From Nanobdellota archaeon (GTDB taxonomy: Archaea > Nanobdellota > Nanobdellia > Pacearchaeales > GW2011-AR1), in the NCBI GenBank assembly GCA_038044205.1, contig JBBTAN010000017.1, forward strand, positions 30,027 through 94,026: a stretch of 64,000 nucleotides of DNA, written 5' to 3'. Position numbers and translations under genes: made by a program. Shown here in pieces: positions 17,371 through 24,933 of this stretch (within the stretch, counting starts at the first letter, position 1; each line of letters starts with the position of its first letter). The notes beneath the pieces are model-generated. The model did no database searches. It was given only the letters and a program-made list of their open reading frames with translations, and was not told the DNA's origin.

Positions 17371-17703
17371 ATGAAAAGAAGTAATCAAATATTAATGAAG
17401 AAGATTTCTAATGGAAGGCAAGCTATTAGATTTAATAATTTAGGTGAAGAAGAATATATTTGTCAATTTAATAAAGGATTATGTAATTATGATATTATTT
17501 TGGGGGCTATTTTAAAAAATAATAGGAAAAGGGTTGATGTTATAGAGCTTGAGTGTGCTCATACATTAGTTAGTAGGAAAGAGTTAGAAGAGATGGATGA
17601 TATGGACCAGCGTATATTTTTTAATACATGGTTTATAAAAGAAAAACAGTCGAAGAAAATAGATTTGTCTAAAAGACATGATTGGTTAGTTAGGTTTAAA
17701 TAA
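17371..17703 (+). CDS. hypothetical protein, family I
   Basis: 110 aa; ..NGRQAIR..WLVRFK. Confidence 0.65.
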   Translation: MKRSNQILMKKISNGRQAIRFNNLGEEEYICQFNKGLCNYDIILGAILKNNRKRVDVIELECAHTLVSRKELEEMDDMDQRIFFNTWFIKEKQSKKIDLSKRHDWLVRFK

Positions 17704-17726
17704 TTTAATTTAATTATGGAGGGACA

Positions 17727-17900
17727 ATGAGAGAAGAAGATCGGAATCGACTAATAGAGATAAAAAAGAAGATAAAATTGGGTATTATTTCCAGTCCAAT
17801 TGAGAAGAAATTTTTAGAGCAAATGTGGAACAATTACAGAGTAGAATATTGCGAGATAGAGCAATTGGTAGGGGATTATGGAATAAATAAACATATATAA
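17727..17900 (+). CDS. hypothetical small protein
   Basis: 57 aa, SD ggaggg; the 3' end runs into repeat copy 2. Confidence 0.5.
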   Translation: MREEDRNRLIEIKKKIKLGIISSPIEKKFLEQMWNNYRVEYCEIEQLVGDYGINKHI

Positions 17901-17926
17901 TTTATTATTTTATTTTTTAAAAGGAG
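17886..17926 (+). repeat. 41-nt exact repeat, copy 2
   Basis: identical to 16951-16991. Confidence 0.8.
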
Positions 17927-17933
17927 GAAGTAG

Positions 17934-18119
17934 ATGAAAAAAGAAGAAATTACGCCAGAATCTGCAAAGTTGGAAATGGATGAGATAGTTAAACTTAATG
18001 ATGTTGATCCTGAAGCAGGACATAGTAAAGCAGATGATCTTTTATGTCGTATTGCTAAAAAACATGGTTATGGAGATATTGTTAAATCTTTTAATAAAAT
18101 GGATAGATGGTATGCCTAA
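17934..18119 (+). CDS. hypothetical small protein
   Basis: 61 aa with SD. Confidence 0.6.
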   Translation: MKKEEITPESAKLEMDEIVKLNDVDPEAGHSKADDLLCRIAKKHGYGDIVKSFNKMDRWYA

Positions 18120-18138
18120 TAAAAAATTATATATAATT

Positions 18139-18414
18139 ATGGAATTATTAATCCATGAAATAAAAGAAAAAGGATTGCCTGTAGGTTATATAGTAAAAGA
18201 TATATTTGATATGGATAATTTATTGATTATAGAAGAAGATGAAAAAATTAATTTAGTTACTGATGAAGGTATTGAACCTCAATATGAGGGCAGTAAAAAG
18301 CAAAAGAAATTAGATGATTTAGATTTAGTAGCATTGGCTAAATTTTATTCTTATTCTTTGCGTGGTAAAGAGTTAGAAGAAATTAAAAATAGAATAATTA
18401 ATAATTTATTTTAA
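18139..18414 (+). CDS. hypothetical protein, start uncertain (18112 or 18139)
   Basis: in-frame ATGs at 18112 and 18139; no clear SD. Confidence 0.45.
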   Translation: MELLIHEIKEKGLPVGYIVKDIFDMDNLLIIEEDEKINLVTDEGIEPQYEGSKKQKKLDDLDLVALAKFYSYSLRGKELEEIKNRIINNLF

Positions 18415-18428
18415 TTGGAGACAATTGA

Positions 18429-18815
18429 ATGAAAAAGGGATTTACTTTAGCAGAGTTTTTAGTTGTAGCTGCTATTATAGGTATTTTGAGTGCTTTTTTA
18501 TATCCTGCTTTATATAAGTCAAGAGAAGAATATAGAAAACAAAATAATCCAGATAGTAATTTATGGTTAAGTGTTATCAGTAGAGGAGAAAAAGATATAG
18601 TAGCTTGGGTATCTATATATCCAATCCAAACTGACGTTTCAACTTCTATGGTTGGTTATAATGACAAGCATGAAGTAATATATACAGGCACAGGTCTTTC
18701 TTTTTGTTATTCTATAAAAATAGATGAGGTAGGTAAATATAAAGAAAAGTATAAGGATATATGGATATACACAAGTGATACGGTAGTTGAGAATGTTCCA
18801 GCGGAGAAACAATAA
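18429..18815 (+). CDS. type IV pilin/pseudopilin-like protein
   Basis: N-terminus MKKGFTLAEFLVVAAIIGILSAFLYPAL matches the prepilin cleavage/N-methylation motif G-FTL-E plus a hydrophobic helix. Confidence 0.75.
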   Translation: MKKGFTLAEFLVVAAIIGILSAFLYPALYKSREEYRKQNNPDSNLWLSVISRGEKDIVAWVSIYPIQTDVSTSMVGYNDKHEVIYTGTGLSFCYSIKIDEVGKYKEKYKDIWIYTSDTVVENVPAEKQ

Positions 18816-19087
18816 TGAAAATCAGGTTAAAAATTGATTTAGATTTATGTGATGGGTTTTATGATATAGGTGATAATGAGATGTCGGATATAGAATATGG
18901 CGAGATATTAGATTGTTTAAAAGAAATCTATGTTACAGGTCTTTTAGAATATTATCGTACAGATTTAGAGAATGTTAAAAAAATAGAGGATGCTGGAATA
19001 AGAAACAGATGTTGTGAGTGGAATAGAAAGGTAACAAAGATGATACAGAATTCCAAATTACGTTTTAAAGAAAGGATTGATAAATAA
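18815..19087 (+). CDS. hypothetical protein, family U
   Basis: MKIRLKIDLDLCD.. parallels MKVRLTIDFDLGD.. of 28649. Confidence 0.6.
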   Translation: MKIRLKIDLDLCDGFYDIGDNEMSDIEYGEILDCLKEIYVTGLLEYYRTDLENVKKIEDAGIRNRCCEWNRKVTKMIQNSKLRFKERIDK

Positions 19088-19290
19088 TGGTTAAAATTTT
19101 AGGTAAATGTGAGGACGATTATTCTAAACCAATATGGTATGTTGTTTGGGAGGGAGAAAAAGATAAAGTATTAGATGCTTTAGTTGAGCTAAAAAATAAA
19201 TCTTATTATCCAGATAGGCTTGAACTTGTAGTAGTTGAAGAAATTAATGGTAATCTTGGAGGTGCTGTTGGTCATCCTTGGAATGAGTAA
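19087..19290 (+). CDS. hypothetical protein
   Basis: 67 aa, ATGA-type overlap. Confidence 0.55.
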   Translation: MVKILGKCEDDYSKPIWYVVWEGEKDKVLDALVELKNKSYYPDRLELVVVEEINGNLGGAVGHPWNE

Positions 19291-19311
19291 TAATTTTTAA
19301 AGGAGTAAAAA

Positions 19312-19524
19312 ATGCCAGAGAATGAAGTAGTTGATGATGTTGATAATAGTGTTAAGGATAGTAAATATAAGAAAACATATGTATATAAAACAAGTAAAAA
19401 GGAAAAGTTTTGGAATTTTATGATGAATTATAATAAGGATGGCAGGAAGGGAAAGGATGATAGAAAAGTAGAGAGATTCCATAGACGTAGGCTACATATT
19501 AAAAAATTAAATAATAGGAGTTAA
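19312..19524 (+). CDS. basic hypothetical protein
   Basis: 70 aa, SD aaaggag. Confidence 0.55.
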   Translation: MPENEVVDDVDNSVKDSKYKKTYVYKTSKKEKFWNFMMNYNKDGRKGKDDRKVERFHRRRLHIKKLNNRS

Positions 19525-19527
19525 TTG

Positions 19528-19743
19528 ATGAATTCATCTGATAAATGGCTTGCAGGCACTGTGATAATTATTGTTTTTTTGATTTGCACTTCGCTTGTTA
19601 CTGGTTATATTTATAATTGTAAACATGAGGCAGAAATGGCTGAAAAAGGATATATATATGTTCCATCTTCTACAAATAATTCTCGTTGGGAAAAATTAAA
19701 AGATATAAATAAACAGATAGTTGAAAAGGATATAAATAAATGA
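19528..19743 (+). CDS. membrane-anchored hypothetical protein
   Basis: ATG 19528 lies 8 nt after ggag; TM segment WLAGTVIIIVFLICTSLVTGYIY. Confidence 0.6.
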   Translation: MNSSDKWLAGTVIIIVFLICTSLVTGYIYNCKHEAEMAEKGYIYVPSSTNNSRWEKLKDINKQIVEKDINK

Positions 19744-19988
19744 AAGTAATAAGTTCTAAATTAGTAGAATGTGGTGCTGTTGCGGCTATAAGAGAAGTAG
19801 TAATAGAAGCAAGTGTAGAAGAAAAGAGATTATTAGCTAAATCATTAAAAGTAGTAAATAGTTATCAGAAATTAGCTAAAAAAGAATTAAAAATGGATAA
19901 AGGAAATAAACCAGATTGGAAGATGTTTGAATTTTTTAATGATAATGGAAATATAAAGGTAGTAGTAAAGGATGGTGCTTGCGGTTAA
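19740..19988 (+). CDS. hypothetical protein
   Basis: 82 aa, ATGA overlap. Confidence 0.55.
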   Translation: MKVISSKLVECGAVAAIREVVIEASVEEKRLLAKSLKVVNSYQKLAKKELKMDKGNKPDWKMFEFFNDNGNIKVVVKDGACG

Positions 19989-20400
19989 TAAAAGGAAATT
20001 GATTTTAGATGAAAAAGTAGTTGAAAATAAAAATTTAACTACTTTGCAGAAAACAGATATAAGAAATGAATTCATTAGATCTCGTATTGAGCGTTTAGGA
20101 AATTTATCTAAAGATTTGGTTATAGAAGTTAAATGTAGTGTTACAGATGTTATCCCTATTATTGAGAGTAAGGACGGTAAGCTAATTAGCAATAAGATAG
20201 TAGGGGCAAACATAATTGCTACTGCTCCTGCTATATGGGATATAACTATAACATGCGATATTGATTTATTGAATAAAGTAAGAAAGATAAATAAAAATGA
20301 TAAAATAATTATATTATGTAACACTCCTCATGTTATAAATAGCAATAGGCCAATAAGGAAGATTGCTAGTGCGGTTGCAACTGATATAATCATGAAATAG
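19972..20400 (+). CDS. hypothetical protein, start uncertain
   Basis: 142-aa ORF overlapping the previous gene; TTG at about 20000 is an alternative start. Confidence 0.5.
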   Translation: MVLAVNKRKLILDEKVVENKNLTTLQKTDIRNEFIRSRIERLGNLSKDLVIEVKCSVTDVIPIIESKDGKLISNKIVGANIIATAPAIWDITITCDIDLLNKVRKINKNDKIIILCNTPHVINSNRPIRKIASAVATDIIMK

Positions 20401-20403
20401 TTG

Positions 20404-20438
20404 ATGCCCGGAAGATGGTCGGTTGGGGGTCATATTAT
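20404..20438 (+). promoter_or_regulatory. motif-1 element (ATGCCCGGA-N20-TATTAT)
   Basis: exact 9-mer; motif 2 follows 20 nt later. Confidence 0.6.
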
Positions 20439-20458
20439 TTTACAGATGGATTATTTTC

Positions 20459-20496
20459 CCAATTGATCCGAATAATTCATCTGAATTATTTATTAT
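20459..20496 (+). promoter_or_regulatory. motif-2 element (CCAATTGATCCGA-N19-TATTAT)
   Basis: 24 nt upstream of ATG 20521. Confidence 0.55.
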
Positions 20497-20520
20497 GGAG
20501 TAGGAGGAAAAATATCACTT

Positions 20521-21174
20521 ATGTCTATATGCACAAATAATAAAATAGAAAAGAATGCTGTAGTAAATATAAATGTAAATAATTATAGAGGCCGTATTTC
20601 TAAAAATGAATATTTATATGGAACTGGTTTTATTCTACATACTAAACATGGGCAATTACTAGTTACTGCTTGTCATATAGCTGTAATTCAAGCTATGTCT
20701 ATTTCTATAAAAAATGAGAATGGCCCAGTGGAAATAGAATATAAATCAGAGTTTAAAGTAATAGATAAAACAGATATTTCTTTTGCACAAATTAAAATCA
20801 ATAATATCAGTGGATTACAGGCATATCCTTATCCTATATATGATGGATTGCCTTCTTATTTATATGGATATTATGGATATTCTGATAAACCAGTAAAAAT
20901 AAAAGGAACTGTAATTCATTCAGATCAACCTGATCCTCTTCCTTATTTAAAACGATTACATATAAAAATGAAAAAAAATATATTTGAAAGTGAAATAAAA
21001 AATATCGGAACTAATTTCAAAGTTATTATGAATGATTGTGGTATTGAACATTCTATGCCTGGGATTTCTGGTGGTCCGTTATTGTATAGAGATAAAGTAA
21101 TAGGAGTTGTATTTGGAGATTGTCCACCCAAAATAGCTGCTTTCTCTATTAGACATTTACCTGGAATTAAATAG
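20521..21174 (+). CDS. trypsin-like (chymotrypsin-fold) serine protease
   Basis: GTGFILHTKHGQLLVTACHI (His), TDISFAQI (Asp), MPGISGGPLLYRDKVIGVVFG (GxSGGP Ser). Confidence 0.8.
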   Translation: MSICTNNKIEKNAVVNINVNNYRGRISKNEYLYGTGFILHTKHGQLLVTACHIAVIQAMSISIKNENGPVEIEYKSEFKVIDKTDISFAQIKINNISGLQAYPYPIYDGLPSYLYGYYGYSDKPVKIKGTVIHSDQPDPLPYLKRLHIKMKKNIFESEIKNIGTNFKVIMNDCGIEHSMPGISGGPLLYRDKVIGVVFGDCPPKIAAFSIRHLPGIK

Positions 21175-21243
21175 ATTGATTAATATTATATTTTTTAATA
21201 ATAAATAAATTATATTTATTATTAAACAATGAAAGGAGAAGAA

Positions 21244-21492
21244 ATGTCAGGAATAGGACTAAAAGAAAAAGTAGATAAAGAAACTGATTGTTCCGCATGT
21301 ATTCATGATACAGTTTGCTATAAAGGAAAAGAATTACGATGTATTAATTTTCTCTTTGGCAGGTCCAATAAAAATTTTGGATGTGATCAATGTGTACATA
21401 TTTATCGCAGAGACCCAGTAGAACGTCCATGCTTTAAATGTAATGATTTTAATGTTATATTTGCAGGAAAGTTAAATCTGTTAATAAATTAA
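21244..21492 (+). CDS. Cys-rich hypothetical protein
   Basis: ATG 21244 after SD gaaaggagaagaa; CSACIHDTVCY..CDQC..CFKC. Confidence 0.6.
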   Translation: MSGIGLKEKVDKETDCSACIHDTVCYKGKELRCINFLFGRSNKNFGCDQCVHIYRRDPVERPCFKCNDFNVIFAGKLNLLIN

Positions 21493-21603
21493 CAGAAGAT
21501 GAGGCGATGGGCTTTTTAGTTGTTGCAAATCATTTTATTAATTATTTAGAAAGAACTTATAAAATTAAATTAGAAGAAAACAAAAACAAAAAGGAGACAT
21601 GAA

Positions 21604-22029
21604 ATGGGATGGTGTGGCTATGGTATTTACGATGGAGATGACACCCAAACTTGTCATTTAGATTTCATTAAATGGGCAAAAATTCCAGTTGATGAAGATA
21701 TTGTTTTCGATAACTGGATAAAGTCAGGTATTAAAACTACTATCCCTGCTAAATATAGAAAATTATTTAAAAAAAATATTAATTTTGTTATTAAAAAGAT
21801 ACCTGGAAATAAAAAATTTAATGAAGATACTGCTATTGAGTGGCAAATGCTATTATCTTTATTTTTAGATTCTAACATTGTTCCACCTGTCAATATTAGA
21901 AAAAATGGGATTGCTGCTACTGAATATTTGCTTGGTGAACATGCTGAAGAGTTTGATAAACCTGGAATTAGAAAAAGGATATTAAGAAATTTTATTAAAC
22001 GCGCAGAAAAAACAAAAAAGATAAAGTAA
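21604..22029 (+). CDS. hypothetical protein, N-terminus resembles DUF4259-type MGxWGxGxxDxD
   Basis: MGWCGYGIYDGDDTQT; family assignment from memory, weak. Confidence 0.6.
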   Translation: MGWCGYGIYDGDDTQTCHLDFIKWAKIPVDEDIVFDNWIKSGIKTTIPAKYRKLFKKNINFVIKKIPGNKKFNEDTAIEWQMLLSLFLDSNIVPPVNIRKNGIAATEYLLGEHAEEFDKPGIRKRILRNFIKRAEKTKKIK

Positions 22030-22035
22030 TTAAAA

Positions 22036-22173
22036 TTAGATATATAGTTATTTGTACGAGCTTTGCCACTATATATCTAAACTGTCTATGCTCGACCGAG
22101 GCAGCATTAAAATGGAAAATAGATAACGTTTATTTATTTTTTGTTTCAATGGTGAGTAGGAGGGCGTTTTTTT
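22036..22173 (+). ncRNA. structured tandem repeat unit A
   Basis: 13-bp hairpin ttagatatatagt 22036-22048 / actatatatctaa 22068-22080 with a GC-rich loop; shares order and 3' block aatggtKAGgaRRRGSc with unit B. Confidence 0.45.
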
Positions 22174-22177
22174 AGAA

Positions 22178-22310
22178 TTAAATATATAGTATTGTTAATC
22201 CGCCTCTACTATATATTTAAACCGTCTAATCCGCCTTTTCTGAGACGGCATTAATAAAAATATATAACCCCTTATTTATTTTTATTTAATGGTTAGGAAA
22301 AGGCTTTATT
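22178..22310 (+). ncRNA. structured tandem repeat unit B
   Basis: hairpin ttaaatatatagt 22178-22190 / actatatatttaa 22208-22220 (G-C of unit A replaced by A-T); second hairpin ccgtct/agacgg; aatccgcc occurs in both loops. Confidence 0.45.
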
Positions 22311-22401
22311 ATTTTTATTTCTGTATATTGTTATCATATACAGTGGATTGAAACCAGAAACGCCACTAAACGCATTGTAGACCACGGAGAACCATTTTTC
22401 A

Positions 22402-22437
22402 ATGCCCGGAGGGATTAGACCTACCGCGTCCTATTAT
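22402..22437 (+). promoter_or_regulatory. motif-1 element (ATGCCCGGA-N21-TATTAT-N5-GTGGC)
   Basis: the only copy with a 21-nt spacer. Confidence 0.55.
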
Positions 22438-22486
22438 CGACCGTGGCAATCAATTCTTTTTATTTTCACACAAAAAGGAAAAATTT

Positions 22487-22741
22487 ATGTCAATTAAACA
22501 ATTAAGATCAATATCAAGCAGACAAGTAAGCATGTTATTTTATTACTATAATTTATCTAAAGAAAAAGAAAATTATCCAACTGCTCAACAAGAAATTAAT
22601 TATCTTTGTAGTCTTGGTTATATGAAATTTAATGAAAAAGATAAAAAGTTTGAATTGACGACAGAAGGAAGACAAGAAGTAGATTGGCTTATGTTGGAAG
22701 CCAATGAAGCATTCGAGAAATTTGGAGAGGAGAAGAAGTAG
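22487..22741 (+). CDS. small hypothetical protein, possible winged helix
   Basis: 84 aa; LCSLGYMKFNEKDKKFELTTEGRQEV resembles 26127 (LADQGLIDYGDKNWKITDEGKKEI). Confidence 0.6.
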   Translation: MSIKQLRSISSRQVSMLFYYYNLSKEKENYPTAQQEINYLCSLGYMKFNEKDKKFELTTEGRQEVDWLMLEANEAFEKFGEEKK

Positions 22742-22862
22742 ATGTATGAATTTAGTTTTATTAATCCTGTATATGGGTTAGCATATATAGGTGGGTTGAA
22801 ACTTAAAACATCGAAAATTAAAAAGAATTATGATTGCGATTAACAAAGAAAGGGAGAGGGGA

Positions 22863-23069
22863 ATGTTTAGTTACAAAATTTACGCAATGGATCTTTTCTA
22901 TCCTGATGGTGATAGAGTTTGTGTTCGTTGTGGGAATGGAGATATGAAACACTGTATTGATGAGATTGACACTTGGATGAAAGAACATAAAAATAATAAT
23001 GATTTTAATATTTTTGATGAAAATGGGTTGGCACTTGATTCAGATGAAATTTATTCTTTGGCGAGTTAA
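22863..23069 (+). CDS. small hypothetical protein
   Basis: ATG 22863 after SD agggagagggga. Confidence 0.55.
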   Translation: MFSYKIYAMDLFYPDGDRVCVRCGNGDMKHCIDEIDTWMKEHKNNNDFNIFDENGLALDSDEIYSLAS

Positions 23070-23086
23070 ATGAAAGGAGAAATAAC

Positions 23087-23650
23087 ATGGCACTCAATGA
23101 ACAGTTCAAGACAGAGCGAATTAAGCGTGGATTGAGTCAATGTTTGTTTGCCAGGGCACTTAATACAAATCAGGCTTATATTTCTATGATGGAGAGTGGA
23201 AAGAAACCTATTACTGAATCTGAATTTGTTGATATTCTGAAAAAGTTGACTGAATATGATGAAAGGATTAAAAATCCAGTTACCATTGCTCCAGTTGTTG
23301 AGAAGAAAGAAATTGTAATTGAGAAGGTTGAGAAACCTGATATTGTTGTTCCTATTTCTGAAAATGTTGAAATTGTTTATCATCAAAGAACTATTGAAGA
23401 GATGATAAAAGAATATAAAGACAAGGGGTATACTAATTTGCAGATTATGTGCATTGTCAATTCAAGTCGTTGGATTAAAAAGGCTAATGAATTTAGAAAG
23501 TTGTTGGGTATTGATACTATTGGCGTTGATGAAGCTGTAGAAGTTGAGGATAAGGAAGAAGTTAATGAAATTATTGAAGAAGATGTTTTTAACGAGAGTA
23601 TTGTTGAAGAAAATAACAATGAAATAGAAGAGACAGAGGAAATTGTGTAA
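23087..23650 (+). CDS. XRE/Cro-type helix-turn-helix protein with acidic tail
   Basis: KTERIKRGLSQCLFARALNTNQAYISMMESGKKPI is a classic HTH_3 pattern; no TTA codon seen. Confidence 0.8.
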   Translation: MALNEQFKTERIKRGLSQCLFARALNTNQAYISMMESGKKPITESEFVDILKKLTEYDERIKNPVTIAPVVEKKEIVIEKVEKPDIVVPISENVEIVYHQRTIEEMIKEYKDKGYTNLQIMCIVNSSRWIKKANEFRKLLGIDTIGVDEAVEVEDKEEVNEIIEEDVFNESIVEENNNEIEETEEIV

Positions 23651-23700
23651 GGAGAAATAAAATGAAATGGACTCGTTTCTTTCCTGTGTAATTTTCATTG

Positions 23701-23756
23701 TCAACCGCGATTTCTCCCCACCTAAAGGAAGGGAACTCCTCGCGGGAAGAGGTTGA
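23701..23756 (+). ncRNA. GC-rich nested hairpin with UAAA tetraloop, copy 2
   Basis: outer caacc/ggttg and gcga/tcgc; inner ccc/ggg; apex cc-taaa-gg; 3' ACTCC; covaries with copy 1. Confidence 0.45.
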
Positions 23757-23766
23757 AAATTTTCTA

Positions 23767-23801
23767 ATGCCAGGAAAGGCATAGAGACATGCAAGCATTC
23801 T
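23767..23801 (+). promoter_or_regulatory. degenerate motif-1 element (ATGCCAGGA-N20-CATTCT)
   Basis: one mismatch in the 9-mer. Confidence 0.35.
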
Positions 23802-23849
23802 CTATTGTGGTCCAAATTTTCGTGAAAGTAAAAGAAAAGGAGAAAGAAC

Positions 23850-24440
23850 ATGGAACAGGCTGTTAAATTTGATGCGAACAATATCAATTACACGGTTAAG
23901 CAATTGTGTGATGCTGTAAATGGAGTTTTTGTAAACAATAGTGATAAATATAACATCATTAATCATTTTTTGAATAATGAAATTGAAACTGCTCAATTGC
24001 ACGATATTATTACTGATACTGTTGAAAATGTTATTTCTGATTATAATTTCAGGTCTATCGTTAAAAACGTTATGCGAGATATGCCTACTGAAATAGTTAA
24101 TAGCGATGAAGTTGAATCTATTGTTGATGAAAAGATCAAGGAAATTGTTAACGATAAAAATGAGGCTATTCAGCAGACTATTGAAAATATTGCTGATGCC
24201 ACTCAAGATAATAGTAAAACTGTCAAAGATCTTAATCTTAAACTTGATGCTATCAATATTCGTATTGATAGACTTTATGCTTTGGATGTTATTTCTGCAA
24301 ATAAAACTGTAAAAGAGCTTACGAGTAAGCTTGATGCTGCCAATATGTGTATTGATAGACTCTATGCTTTGCTGAAGGAGAGCTATAAACTTATTGCCCA
24401 CTTCGATATGGAAAATAGTCCCAAGAAGAGGTTTGAGTGA
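23850..24440 (+). CDS. coiled-coil protein with internal repeat
   Basis: 196 aa; LKLDAINIRIDRLYALD / SKLDAANMCIDRLYALL repeat; no TTA, CTA or TCA codons across most of the gene. Confidence 0.7.
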   Translation: MEQAVKFDANNINYTVKQLCDAVNGVFVNNSDKYNIINHFLNNEIETAQLHDIITDTVENVISDYNFRSIVKNVMRDMPTEIVNSDEVESIVDEKIKEIVNDKNEAIQQTIENIADATQDNSKTVKDLNLKLDAINIRIDRLYALDVISANKTVKELTSKLDAANMCIDRLYALLKESYKLIAHFDMENSPKKRFE

Positions 24441-24444
24441 ACTA

Positions 24445-24471
24445 CCCTATGCTAAAGCCACAGGGCTTTCC
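24445..24471 (+). ncRNA. UAAA-tetraloop hairpin, copy 3
   Basis: ccct-at-gc-taaa-gc-cac-aggg followed by CTTTCC. Confidence 0.35.
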
Positions 24472-24490
24472 GGCGCTAAACGTCTGTAAT

Positions 24491-24535
24491 AAAGATCAGG
24501 TGATTTAGAAATTTACCACCTGATCTTTATTTTTA
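24491..24535 (+). terminator. rho-independent terminator-like hairpin
   Basis: 12-bp stem aaagatcaggtg / cacctgatcttt followed by a T-rich tract. Confidence 0.6.
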
Positions 24536-24546
24536 AGGAGTGAAAA

Positions 24547-24918
24547 ATGAGATTAACACCTGTGCAGAAGAAATTTCTTGATAGTTTAGAAGAAGAAATT
24601 ACAGATAAAGAAGATCGTTATGAAGAAGATCGTTACAAATGTAATATTGGCTGCGAAAAACATGAATGGCGCACTGCTGTTAGTTTACAAAAAAAAGGAT
24701 TGATAAAAATTACTTTGTCAGTTGATGATAAAGTTGGTATATATAATTATTTTGAGGTTCAGCTTGTTGATAGAAGAAAAAAGATAGAGTGTAGTTATAT
24801 TAATTCTTTTATTAGAGAACAAAGAGCTAAATCTTATTTAGATGCTGGTAAAAATCATGGCGAATATAATATTGGTGTTTTGGACACATTGAATGCACTT
24901 GAAGATTTCATTAAATAA
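24547..24918 (+). CDS. hypothetical protein, family J
   Basis: MRLTPVQKKFL..EWRTAVSLQKKGL. Confidence 0.65.
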   Translation: MRLTPVQKKFLDSLEEEITDKEDRYEEDRYKCNIGCEKHEWRTAVSLQKKGLIKITLSVDDKVGIYNYFEVQLVDRRKKIECSYINSFIREQRAKSYLDAGKNHGEYNIGVLDTLNALEDFIK

Positions 24919-24933
24919 AAAAGGAGTAAAAAA

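Noticed and set aside
19887-20324. 145-aa minus-strand ORF and the other short minus-strand ORFs in the track
   Set aside because: They overlap + strand genes that have SDs and sit in an operon context. They have hydrophobic, low-complexity translations typical of AT-rich antisense frames. No promoter or SD signals are present.
22411-22431. Motif-1 spacers resembling tRNA 3' acceptor ends (acctaccgc as in tRNA-Leu; cgctctca at 53058-53065 as in tRNA-Lys)
   Set aside because: These are 8-9-nt matches among about 240 nt of spacers compared with about 320 nt of tRNA. Roughly one such hit is expected by chance, and the other ten spacers show no pattern.
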